Positions 35,692 through 43,156 of a stretch of DNA of 64,000 nt are shown piece by piece. The stretch's first letter is position 1. Every line of letters starts with the position of its first letter. The DNA is from Nitrososphaerota archaeon (lineage in GTDB: Archaea > Thermoproteota > Nitrososphaeria_A > Caldarchaeales > Calditenuaceae), in contig JAVQSZ010000004.1 in the NCBI GenBank assembly GCA_033581555.1, positions 19,321-83,320 on the forward strand, in the 5' to 3' direction. The notes beneath the pieces are model-generated. The model was not told the origin of the DNA. It did not search any database and saw only the letters and a list, made by a program, of their open reading frames with translations. A program made the position numbers and the translations under genes.

Positions 35692-36588
35692 ATGGTCTTG
35701 AAGGTCGGGCTCTGCGTCCCCAACTTCGGCAACAACCTCAGCAAGGAGCTCGTCGTGGCGTCCGCGGTCGAGGCCGAGCGGCTAGGTTACGACTCGGTCT
35801 GGGTGACCGACCACATCGCCATCGGCGCGGCGCATCCCTACCCCTACGGGAGGACCTATGAGGCCGTGACGACCCTCGCCTATCTGGCCGCGAAGACCGA
35901 GTCGGTCAAGCTCGGGACGTCGGTGGTCGTGGCCCCTCTCAGGAACGCGGTCCTGATCGCGAAGCAGATGGCCACACTCGACGTCCTCTCGGGAGGGAGG
36001 GTCATCGTGGGTTTGGGAGCAGGATGGGAGCCGACGGAGTTCAGGGCCCTGGGCTCGGACTTCAGGAGGAGGGGAAGACTGCTGGACGAGCAGGTCAGGC
36101 TGATCAAGGCCCTTTGGTCAGGGAAGGCCCCGGACTTCGTCGGCGAGTTCCACAGGGTCTCGGGCGTGCTCTTCAGCCCCTCCCCGACCACAGCAGGAGG
36201 GCCGCCGATTTGGATGGGTGGGAACTCCGAGAGGGCAGTCAGGAGGGCCCTTGAGCTCGCAGACGGCTGGCACTTCACCGGGATGCCCCTCGACGAGTTC
36301 GCGGATCGAATGAGGCTGGTCAGGTCCCGACCGAGGGAGGGCTTCGTCGTCTCGGGCAGGATCACCGTGAGGCTCGACCCGAGGGCGAGGGGCGAAGAGG
36401 TTCGGGCCGGGTCAGGGGAGAGGAGGTACGTCCTTGGCGGCGACGCAGGTAGGGTCGCGGAGGACCTCTCGAGGTACTTCGACCTGGGACTTCAGTACCC
36501 GGTAGTCTACCTCGGCGACCTGAAGCTGGAGGAGCTCAGGGCTAAGATGAGGATGTTCATCAGGGACGTCGCGCCCTCCTTACCCTAG
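35692..36588 (+). CDS. luciferase-like (LLM class) F420-dependent oxidoreductase
   Basis: AERLGYDSVWVTDH, LGTSVVVAPLRN, GLGAGW and IWMGG motifs. Confidence 0.75.
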   Translation: MVLKVGLCVPNFGNNLSKELVVASAVEAERLGYDSVWVTDHIAIGAAHPYPYGRTYEAVTTLAYLAAKTESVKLGTSVVVAPLRNAVLIAKQMATLDVLSGGRVIVGLGAGWEPTEFRALGSDFRRRGRLLDEQVRLIKALWSGKAPDFVGEFHRVSGVLFSPSPTTAGGPPIWMGGNSERAVRRALELADGWHFTGMPLDEFADRMRLVRSRPREGFVVSGRITVRLDPRARGEEVRAGSGERRYVLGGDAGRVAEDLSRYFDLGLQYPVVYLGDLKLEELRAKMRMFIRDVAPSLP

Positions 36589-36878
36589 ACATCGGGGCAG
36601 AGGCAGGGCTTCGACCCGCACCGCGGGCACCTGTCGGCGTACTTCGACGTGAAGGCCCTCTCGAGGTCCACGTCCAGGACGTTAGCGAGGCTCGCGAGCC
36701 ATGCCAGCACGTCCGCCAGCTCCTCCTCGACCCCCTTACGACCGTCCTTGACGACTGCGTCCGCCACCTCGCCGACCTCCGAGACCAGCCAGAGCAGCGT
36801 CCTCTCTGCGCCCCTCCTCGCGTCCCTCTGGCCGTAGAGCTCCCTCATCATCCTCTGGATCTCCGAGACCGTCGGCAC
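36585..36878 (-). CDS. MazG-like all-alpha NTP pyrophosphohydrolase with a C-terminal Cys cluster
   Basis: LVSEVGEVADAV ... EELADVLAWLASLAN (EExxE/D pair) plus CPRCGSKPCLC. It has its own TATA (agatttttacc). Confidence 0.7.
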   Translation of the reverse strand: MPTVSEIQRMMRELYGQRDARRGAERTLLWLVSEVGEVADAVVKDGRKGVEEELADVLAWLASLANVLDVDLERAFTSKYADRCPRCGSKPCLCPDV

Positions 36879-36915
36879 GTGGCTGAGTCCCTTCGGCCCG
36901 GTAAAAATCTGACAG

Positions 36916-37248
36916 CTAGCCCTCGACCCTCCTGAAGAAGCAGGTCCTGTTCCCGGTGTGGCAGGCCGGTCCCCTGGGCCTAACTAGGTAGAGGAGGGTA
37001 TCGCCGTCGCAGTCGACCATCACGTCCACGACTTCCATCACGTTCCCCGACTCCTCGCCCTTCATCCAGAGCCTGTCCCTCGACCTGCTCCAGAAGAACG
37101 CCTTTCCCTCCCTCAGCGTCGCCTCGAGGGCCTCCCTGTTCGCGAAGGCGACCATCAGGACCTCCTTCGTCACGACGTCCTGGACGACGACCGGCACTAA
37201 CCCGTTCGACTTCGTGAAGTCGAGTTCGTCGGGCCCCACGGAGCTCAA
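36916..37248 (-). CDS. hisI: phosphoribosyl-AMP cyclohydrolase
   Basis: GLVPVVVQD...VLMVAFANREAL...FWSRSR..LW.KGE.SGN...DCDGD.LL..V...GPACHTG..SCF. Start is TTG 37248 in a TTGA overlap with the hisF stop; the upstream part of the track ORF is Arg/Gly-rich, low-complexity sequence. Confidence 0.85.
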   Translation of the reverse strand: MSSVGPDELDFTKSNGLVPVVVQDVVTKEVLMVAFANREALEATLREGKAFFWSRSRDRLWMKGEESGNVMEVVDVMVDCDGDTLLYLVRPRGPACHTGNRTCFFRRVEG

Positions 37249-38012
37249 AGCCTCACCTCCACGCCCCTTGAACTTAGGTACTCCTTCACCTGCCTGACCG
37301 TCAGCTTCCCGAAGTGGAAGACCGAGGCCGCGAGCACTGCGTCGGCCCCTCCCTCCGCGATCGCCGCGTGGAAGTCCTCGAGGGTCCCCGCGCCCCCGCT
37401 GGCTATCACCGGGACGTTCACCGAGCCGGTTATCCTGCGTAGCAGCTCGACGTCGTATCCCTGCTGCCTCCCGTCTTTGTCTATCGACGTGATCAGCAGC
37501 TCGCCGGCCCCCAGCTCCGCGGCCCTCGCGGCCCAATCCTCCGCGGTTAGGCCCGTTGGCCTCGTCCCCGAGTGGGTGTAGACCCTGTAGACGACCCTGT
37601 CCCCGGAGCGCTCCCTCGCCGCGTCGATCGCGACCACGACGCACTGGTCGCCGTACCTCCTCGAGAGCCTGGGGATCAGCTCAGGCCTCTCGACGGCCAT
37701 CGTGTTGATCGAGACCTTATCGGCGCCGTTCCTCAGCAGCGCCTCCGCGTCCTCAGGGCTCCGGATCCCTCCCCCGACCGTGAAGGGTATATCGATCTCC
37801 TCAGCGACCCTCCTCACCACTTCGACCGTTGCGGCCCTCCCCTCGACCGAGGCCGAGACGTCGAGGAAGACCAGCTCGTCGGCCCCCTCCTGGACGTACC
37901 TCGCGGCCAGCTCGACCGGGTCTCCCGCGTCCCTCAGCCCCCTGAACGAGACCCCCTTCACGACCCTGCCCTTGTCCACGTCGAGGCATGGGATCACCCT
38001 CTTGGCGACCAT
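37245..38012 (-). CDS. hisF: imidazole glycerol phosphate synthase cyclase subunit
   Basis: KRVIPCLDV..GRVVKG, TVGGGIRS and ASGGAG..EDF motifs. Confidence 0.9.
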   Translation of the reverse strand: MVAKRVIPCLDVDKGRVVKGVSFRGLRDAGDPVELAARYVQEGADELVFLDVSASVEGRAATVEVVRRVAEEIDIPFTVGGGIRSPEDAEALLRNGADKVSINTMAVERPELIPRLSRRYGDQCVVVAIDAARERSGDRVVYRVYTHSGTRPTGLTAEDWAARAAELGAGELLITSIDKDGRQQGYDVELLRRITGSVNVPVIASGGAGTLEDFHAAIAEGGADAVLAASVFHFGKLTVRQVKEYLSSRGVEVRL

Positions 38013-38113
38013 CAGTGCGCCACCCCCTCTCCTCTCATTTAACTCGAGCGCCGAGTCGGCGGCAACGCGATGGACTTATCAACGCGGGGAGCCCTCAAGC
38101 CGGCGGAAACCGA

Positions 38114-39067
38114 ATGGACGCGAGGGTCGAGGAAGTCGAGGCGGTCATCGAGAGGCTGAGGGCTGAGTTCGAGCGGCACATGCGCGAGAAGCTCAGGTCC
38201 GAGCCGAGCGGCCAGCTAATATGGGAGGTCGTCGAGGGAGGGAAGAGGCTGAGGCCCGCGTTCCTCCTCATGGTCTTCGACTGCCTGGACGGCAAGGACC
38301 GGGAGATGGCCCTCGATGTCGCGTACGCCCTCGAGCTAGCCCACAACGCGTCCCTCGTTCACGACGACATCATCGACCTCGACTTCTTCAGGAGGGGGAA
38401 GCCTTCGCTCTGGAGGAGGATAGGGATCGGGAGGGCCGTGATCGAGGGCCACAGGATCATCAACGTCGCGTTCTCCACCGCACTCGAGAAGGGACAGGAG
38501 ATCGCGAGGATCTTCCTCGAGGCCTGGGACAGGGCTTCTCTCGGCGTGCTGGAGGAGATAGTCGCGACCAGGCCGCCCTCCGAGATCTTTTACCAGAGGG
38601 TCATCGAGCATAAGACTGGAAGTCTCTTCGCGGCCGCGGCCGAGTCGGCCGCCGTGTGCGCCGGCGTCGGTGGGACGCTAAGGGAGGCGATCAAGCGGTA
38701 CGGGCTGCTCGTCGGGACCGCGTACCAAATCGCGGACGACATCGTCGAGATGAAAAGGAGGCCACTAGGGCTCAGCCTGATGCTCGCGCTGACCAGACTC
38801 GAGGACGCGTTCGTGAAGTTCGCGCTGGCCCTGAGGACCAGGTCCCTAAGGGCGCTCCTGAGCTTCGCGAAAGTCCGCGGGAAGGACGTCAGCTTCTTCA
38901 CCTCGATGCTGGAGGAGAAGCTGGAGGAGATCGACAAGCTCGTAGACTCGCTCCCCTTAGACCCCGACAGGAGGGTCCTCCTCAAGTCCTTCCCCAGGTA
39001 CTGCGTCAGGGAGATGCTTAAGGAGGGCAGGGTCGATGTCGGCACGGTGCGAGGCCTGCGGGGCTGA
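38114..39067 (+). CDS. trans-polyprenyl diphosphate synthase (GGPP/longer-chain synthase family)
   Basis: ELAHNASLVHDDIIDLD (first DDxxD) and YQIADDIVE (second Asp-rich motif). ATG 38114; the upstream 42 codons overlap the hisF promoter region. Confidence 0.8.
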   Translation: MDARVEEVEAVIERLRAEFERHMREKLRSEPSGQLIWEVVEGGKRLRPAFLLMVFDCLDGKDREMALDVAYALELAHNASLVHDDIIDLDFFRRGKPSLWRRIGIGRAVIEGHRIINVAFSTALEKGQEIARIFLEAWDRASLGVLEEIVATRPPSEIFYQRVIEHKTGSLFAAAAESAAVCAGVGGTLREAIKRYGLLVGTAYQIADDIVEMKRRPLGLSLMLALTRLEDAFVKFALALRTRSLRALLSFAKVRGKDVSFFTSMLEEKLEEIDKLVDSLPLDPDRRVLLKSFPRYCVREMLKEGRVDVGTVRGLRG

Positions 39068-39161
39068 GCTCAAGCGGATCAACGTCCTGAAGGGCAGGGT
39101 CCTGTGCGACCGCTGCTATGAGGCCGAGTCTGGTCTCGAAGGAGGGGTTTGCGTCCACTGA
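39036..39161 (+). CDS. 41-aa zinc-ribbon mini-protein (below the ORF-track size cut-off)
   Basis: My translation: MSARCEACGAELKRINVLKGRVLCDRCYEAESGLEGGVCVH (CxxC-x16-CxxC). It ends 9 nt before the permease TTG, which is preceded by GGTGAGG. Confidence 0.35.
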   Translation: MSARCEACGAELKRINVLKGRVLCDRCYEAESGLEGGVCVH

Positions 39162-39170
39162 GGTGAGGCC

Positions 39171-40757
39171 TTGGACGCCGTTGAGATACTGACCGCGGTC
39201 GGCGCCTCCTGGCTGAGGATACTCGCGGCCCTCGCCCTCTCGGTCCTCGCGGCAGTCCCGTTGGGCATCGCGTCGGCCCTCAACAGGAGGGTCGAGTGGC
39301 TGGTCATACCGGTGCTCGACGTCCTCCAGAGCGTTCCGATCCTGGGCTTCTTCCCGATCGCGGTCATCTCGCTCGCAAGGGTCTCGCCGGCCCTCGGGCC
39401 AGAGCTCGCCTCAGTCTTCCTGATCTTCACCTGCACCTTCTGGAACTTCGCGTTCGGGGTCTACGAGTCCGTCAGGAGCATCCCTGTTGAGCTGAGGGAA
39501 GGCATCAGGCTCTGGAACCTCCCCTTCCTCGAGAGGCTGACGAAGGTTTACCTCCCGGCCGCTGCGCCGAGAGTTCTCTCGAACCTCCAGCCCTCTACGG
39601 CGAACGCCTGGTTCTTCCTCTCAGCCAGCGAGGTGATGGTCCTCGGGAGGGAGGAGCTTCGGGTCCACGGGGTCGGCTACCTCGTCGAGAAGTACGCGGC
39701 GGCCGGCGACGCGGCCTCACTCGCGGTCCTGCTCTCGCTGACGCTGTTCACGATCGGTCTCGTCCAGTTCGCGGTCTACGGCCCGATCGTCTCAAGGGCC
39801 GTGGAGGGCGATTTCGAGCATGAGGTGAGGCTCGCGCCCCCGAGGGCCCTCGTGACCGGGATATCCGCGATCGCGTCAGGGTTCAGGACGTTCGGCGACG
39901 CAGGCCTGGGCAGGATAGCCCGCATGAGGCAGATCAGGGTGCCGCTGCAGGTCTTCCACGTCGTCCAGTCCCGCGTCCGGATCGGTCCATGGGTCGCGGC
40001 CGTCGCGGCGCTCGTCCTCGGCGCGGCTTCGGTCTCACTCGCGGCCGAGTACGGGCCCGACCTCTATGAGTCCCTCCGCGTCGGGGTCTCTCGGCTCTCG
40101 GGCGTCGACTGGTTCGGGGTCTCCACGGCCCTCGCCTTCTCCACGGCACGCGTGCTGGCGGTCCTCGCGATCGGGGCCGCATGGTCGATCCCGGTCGCGT
40201 ACCTCTTGGCCGTCAGGGAGGAACTCAGGAGGGTGCTCCTTCCGGTCGTGCAGGTGATCGCCTCATTCCCGGCTCCGCTCCTCTTCCCGGTCCTCGCTCC
40301 GGCGCTCGCCTCGCTGGGGCCTTTCGGGTTGGAGGGCGCTGCGATACTGATGATGCTGATCGGGTCCCAGTACTACGTCTTCTATTCCGTCCTCTCGGGC
40401 TTCATGAGGGTCGACAGGTCCTACGGCGAGCTCTCGAGCCTCTACGGCCTCGGGTTCGGGTACTCCCTCGCGACGATCTACCTGCCTTACGCGCTCCCCT
40501 CGCTGATCACCGGAGCTATCACGACCGCGGGTGGGGCCTGGAACGCGACCGTGGTTGCCGAGGCGGTCGAGGTCGGCGGCGTGGTCTACGAGACTCCCCT
40601 GCCAGGTTTGGGGAAGGTGATCGCGGGCGCGGCCCTCTCCGGGGACGTGTTCTCCCTCTCGGTCTACGTCGGCGTGATGACCCTCTTCATCGTCGCCCTT
40701 AACAGGACGCTTTGGAGGAGGCTTTACGACTGGTCCGTGGGGCTGGTGGCCGGGTGA
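39171..40757 (+). CDS. ABC transporter permease with duplicated BPD-type transmembrane domain
   Basis: Two repeats of ~6 TM helices each, with permease-like conserved loops (E..R...L... / SLYGLGF). No ATPase or binding-protein gene is adjacent. Confidence 0.6.
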   Translation: MDAVEILTAVGASWLRILAALALSVLAAVPLGIASALNRRVEWLVIPVLDVLQSVPILGFFPIAVISLARVSPALGPELASVFLIFTCTFWNFAFGVYESVRSIPVELREGIRLWNLPFLERLTKVYLPAAAPRVLSNLQPSTANAWFFLSASEVMVLGREELRVHGVGYLVEKYAAAGDAASLAVLLSLTLFTIGLVQFAVYGPIVSRAVEGDFEHEVRLAPPRALVTGISAIASGFRTFGDAGLGRIARMRQIRVPLQVFHVVQSRVRIGPWVAAVAALVLGAASVSLAAEYGPDLYESLRVGVSRLSGVDWFGVSTALAFSTARVLAVLAIGAAWSIPVAYLLAVREELRRVLLPVVQVIASFPAPLLFPVLAPALASLGPFGLEGAAILMMLIGSQYYVFYSVLSGFMRVDRSYGELSSLYGLGFGYSLATIYLPYALPSLITGAITTAGGAWNATVVAEAVEVGGVVYETPLPGLGKVIAGAALSGDVFSLSVYVGVMTLFIVALNRTLWRRLYDWSVGLVAG

Positions 40758-40758
40758 C

Positions 40759-41367
40759 TCATTCCACCACGAACCTACCCCACATCCCGAGCGTGATGTG
40801 GCCCGGCACATCGCAGACGTAGAAGTAAGTCCCCGGCCTCTCGGCCATGAAGTAGACCGTGACGCTCTGTCCCGGCGCGAGGGGGTTTGATGGTGTCCCA
40901 GCTTGGGCACCGGGGATTGCCGGTGACGCTCTCGGGTCCTCCATCAGTTCGTTGACGACCGCGAGGACGTGGACCGCGTTACCGATGTTCACAAGGGTCA
41001 GCTTCACCAGCGAGCCCCTCTTCACCTTGATCTCGGGGCCGGGCGTCGTTATCGAGTCCCTCCTCAACCCGAACCCGAAGTCGCCTGCGTAGACCACGAG
41101 CTCGACGTCTGGCTCCCGCGCCGGCGCCTGCTGCTGAGGTTGGGGCCGCTGAGAATGTCCCCACATCCAGCCCATGCACGGGCAGACACCCATCATGCGG
41201 CCCATCCAGCCCCGGGCGTGCGGTGTCGGCTGCTGAGAAACTGTCGGCGCGCCCCACGCCTGAGAAGCCGGCCGCTGAACAGCCGGTGCGATCACGGTTA
41301 AGACGATAGCCGCTGATAGGACGACCACAGACATAGCCGCGAGGACTAGGACCACCGATCCCCTCAT
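40759..41367 (-). CDS. membrane-anchored type-1 (blue) copper protein, sulfocyanin/plastocyanin-like, with a Met/Cys-rich linker
   Basis: N-terminal TM helix. Ligand pattern H (NAVHVLAV) ... YVCDVPGHITLGMWG (C-x2-H-x4-M). The linker contains GWMGRMMGVCPCMGWMWGH. Confidence 0.6.
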   Translation of the reverse strand: MRGSVVLVLAAMSVVVLSAAIVLTVIAPAVQRPASQAWGAPTVSQQPTPHARGWMGRMMGVCPCMGWMWGHSQRPQPQQQAPAREPDVELVVYAGDFGFGLRRDSITTPGPEIKVKRGSLVKLTLVNIGNAVHVLAVVNELMEDPRASPAIPGAQAGTPSNPLAPGQSVTVYFMAERPGTYFYVCDVPGHITLGMWGRFVVE

Positions 41368-41410
41368 GCCCGCTCACCACGTGATGTCCTCGACCGGGTG
41401 TTAGGGTTTC

Positions 41411-41429
41411 GGTGAAACGGTCCGAAACG
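41411..41429. promoter_or_regulatory. left copy of a shared upstream motif (GGTGAAACGG + GAAACG)
   Basis: Reverse complement of the right copy at 41588-41604; about 45-60 nt upstream of the cupredoxin ATG. Confidence 0.35.
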
Positions 41430-41587
41430 TCTCGTCTCTCAGGGACCTCGACGTCGACCTTATGTCCTCAGGACAGGAGTTGTGACTCCATGTCGACGGC
41501 CAGACCTACAACGGTGACCTGAGGGGGCTGGTGGACTCGAGACGGATCGTGACAGACGTCGTTCCGCCCTTCGCGGTCTCCTGAGCT

Positions 41588-41604
41588 CCGTTTCACCGCG
41601 TTTC
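41588..41604. promoter_or_regulatory. right copy of the shared upstream motif (CCGTTTCACC + CGTTTC)
   Basis: A 10-nt perfect inverted repeat of 41411-41420 plus a 6-nt second half-site, directly upstream of TATA-like tcttatcttt (41614-41623) and GTG 41654. Confidence 0.35.
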
Positions 41605-41653
41605 AAGGAATCCTCTTATCTTTGACCCTCTCCAGGAGAGAAGTGGTGCGAGC

Positions 41654-42025
41654 GTGACGTCGGTCCAGAGGCCCGCAGCGGCCTTCGCCCTCTCCCTCGC
41701 GGCCGGAGTCCTCATGGTCGTCGGAGGTGTGATTGGGCTCGCGTTGTGGGCCTGGTGGAACTGGGCGCCCATGTGGGGCTGGATGATGCCGATGTGGGGG
41801 ATGATGGGATCGCTGTGGCTGGTCTTCTCCTCGACAGGCCTCGCGTCGGGCGCGGTGGTCCTCTCTGCCGCCCTCTTGCTGTACAGCCGTCCAGAGCAGG
41901 CACAAGTCTGGGGAACAGTCATTCTAGTCTCATCCGTCGTCAGCCTCTTGAGCATGGGAGGCTTCGTGATCGGCGCGGTCCTCGGCATCGCAGGCGGGCT
42001 GTTGGCGCTAGTCCCGAGGGTCTGA
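41654..42025 (+). CDS. small 4-TM membrane protein with a Met/Trp-rich loop
   Basis: WAWWNWAPMWGWMMPMWGMMGSLW between TM1 and TM2. Divergent from the cupredoxin gene. Confidence 0.5.
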   Translation: MTSVQRPAAAFALSLAAGVLMVVGGVIGLALWAWWNWAPMWGWMMPMWGMMGSLWLVFSSTGLASGAVVLSAALLLYSRPEQAQVWGTVILVSSVVSLLSMGGFVIGAVLGIAGGLLALVPRV

Positions 42026-42068
42026 GGGCGTTGGAGAGGTCCTGAAAGCGTCGCACGGGTCGAAGCGC

Positions 42069-42326
42069 TCACTCTCTTCGCGTGAACGCCTCGATCTCCC
42101 CCAGTGACTTCTCCATCGCGGAGATCCACCTCAGGAAGGAGTTCGCAGCGGCCCTCATCGCGACCGTGTCATCGGACTCGATCTCGAGCCTCAGAGCTTC
42201 CCCGGAGCACCCGACGTCAGCGGCGGACCTGCCTCCGGGGAGAGGGCCGACCTCCGGCCGAAGGGCCTCGCAGAGGATCCGGGCGTGAGGGCTCCTCAGC
42301 GTGACGGAGAACCTACAGGGGTGCAT
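42069..42326 (-). CDS. KEOPS subunit Pcc1-like
   Basis: ~85 aa with LRLEIESDDTVAMRAAANSFLRWI (cf. Pcc1 'a.d...LRa..ns.lr'), directly downstream of rpl37ae. From recall only. Confidence 0.45.
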   Translation of the reverse strand: MHPCRFSVTLRSPHARILCEALRPEVGPLPGGRSAADVGCSGEALRLEIESDDTVAMRAAANSFLRWISAMEKSLGEIEAFTRRE

Positions 42327-42329
42327 CGC

Positions 42330-42545
42330 TCAGGTCGGACTCGGGGCCCAAGCTCCCCCGGCGAACTTATGACCGCACTTTCGGCACTGCCAGATCCCGA
42401 CCGCGACTCTCCTGACCGCGACCCTGCCGCACCTCTCGCACTTGTAAGTGGCGTACTGGGTCTTCTCCAGTTCCTCCACCCTCTTCCTCAACCTGGCTCC
42501 GTACCTCGCACCGAACCTCTTCGTCGTCCCCTCTCCCGCCCTCAT
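42330..42545 (-). CDS. rpl37ae: 50S ribosomal protein eL43 (L37Ae)
   Basis: GTTKRFGARYGARLRKRV...YKCERCGR..V.R...GIWQCRKCG..FAGGAW. Confidence 0.9.
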   Translation of the reverse strand: MRAGEGTTKRFGARYGARLRKRVEELEKTQYATYKCERCGRVAVRRVAVGIWQCRKCGHKFAGGAWAPSPT

Positions 42546-42593
42546 GCCCCAAAACGCCTCGGGCCGTTATTTCTAGCTGTTCGGCGGTCTCAG

Positions 42594-42601
42594 GTTTATC
42601 T
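42594..42601 (+). promoter_or_regulatory. TATA-like box for the sRNA candidate
   Basis: gtttatct lies ~22-28 nt upstream of the predicted sRNA 5' end. Confidence 0.35.
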
Positions 42602-42621
42602 CGCCGGGCAGACCACTACGG

Positions 42622-42680
42622 TCGCGATGATGACGGACTCTCCTGTGAGCCGGTGAACGGCCATGGGGTAACTGAGCGCC
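42622..42680 (+). ncRNA. candidate C/D-box sRNA (2'-O-methylation guide)
   Basis: C box ATGATGA (42627-33), 11 nt, D'-like GTGA, 4 nt, degenerate C' GTGAACG, exactly 12 nt, D box CTGA (42672-75). ~50 nt core in an intergenic gap, on the opposite strand to both neighbours. Confidence 0.5.
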
Positions 42681-42707
42681 TTTCTCCACCAATCCGCGCA
42701 GAGAGCC

Positions 42708-43091
42708 TCACTGACCTTGGCCGCAGATGTCACAGTTCTCCACGTCAAGCTCGGGCTCGAGGTACTTGTGGAGCTCGCAGAGCGTCCTGTCCTGTCTGAT
42801 CCTGTCCATGGCCTCTTGGATCGCCTTGACGACTCTGTGAGGGTCTTGGCTGTCGAACGCGACCGAGGCTATCTCGTCGGCGTACCTCTCGAGGGCCTGG
42901 ATCTTCGGGCCCGCGTAGTACGCCCTTCCCCTCACCGCCCTAAGGTAGTTGCTCACAGAGGCCTGGGTTATCCCGAGGAGGTGGGCGGTCCGCTCCTGCG
43001 TCAGCCCGTACTCGAGGACCAACCTCTTCACCACCAGGGCCCTCAGCGTCGGCAGAAGCCACCTCGCCTCGATCTCGCTCGGGAGCAGCAT
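42708..43091 (-). CDS. HTH transcriptional regulator (COG2522-like) with a C-terminal Cys motif
   Basis: EYGLTQERTAHLLGITQASVSNYL helix-turn-helix; C-terminal CELH...C.ICG. Confidence 0.55.
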   Translation of the reverse strand: MLLPSEIEARWLLPTLRALVVKRLVLEYGLTQERTAHLLGITQASVSNYLRAVRGRAYYAGPKIQALERYADEIASVAFDSQDPHRVVKAIQEAMDRIRQDRTLCELHKYLEPELDVENCDICGQGQ

Positions 43092-43156
43092 GATTTTCCT
43101 CGGTTAACGGTGTTATACCCGTATATTTTAGTGTCGTCTCGCTCCGTTCATGCTGC

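Noticed and set aside
41368-41653. The 286-nt GC-rich spacer considered as a structured ncRNA (SRP RNA, RNase P RNA or a C/D sRNA).
   Set aside because: No conserved RNase P (GAGGAAAGUCC, ACAGAA) or SRP motifs are present, and there are no proper C/D box pairs. The two inverted motif copies are in A-B...A'-B' order, which is not nested. A DNA operator interpretation is more economical.
42285-42656. 123-aa plus-strand ORF spanning the rpl37ae antisense region and the sRNA candidate.
   Set aside because: It is a Pro/Arg/Ser-rich translation that overlaps a ribosomal protein gene in antisense. The intergenic part is better explained by the C/D-box RNA.
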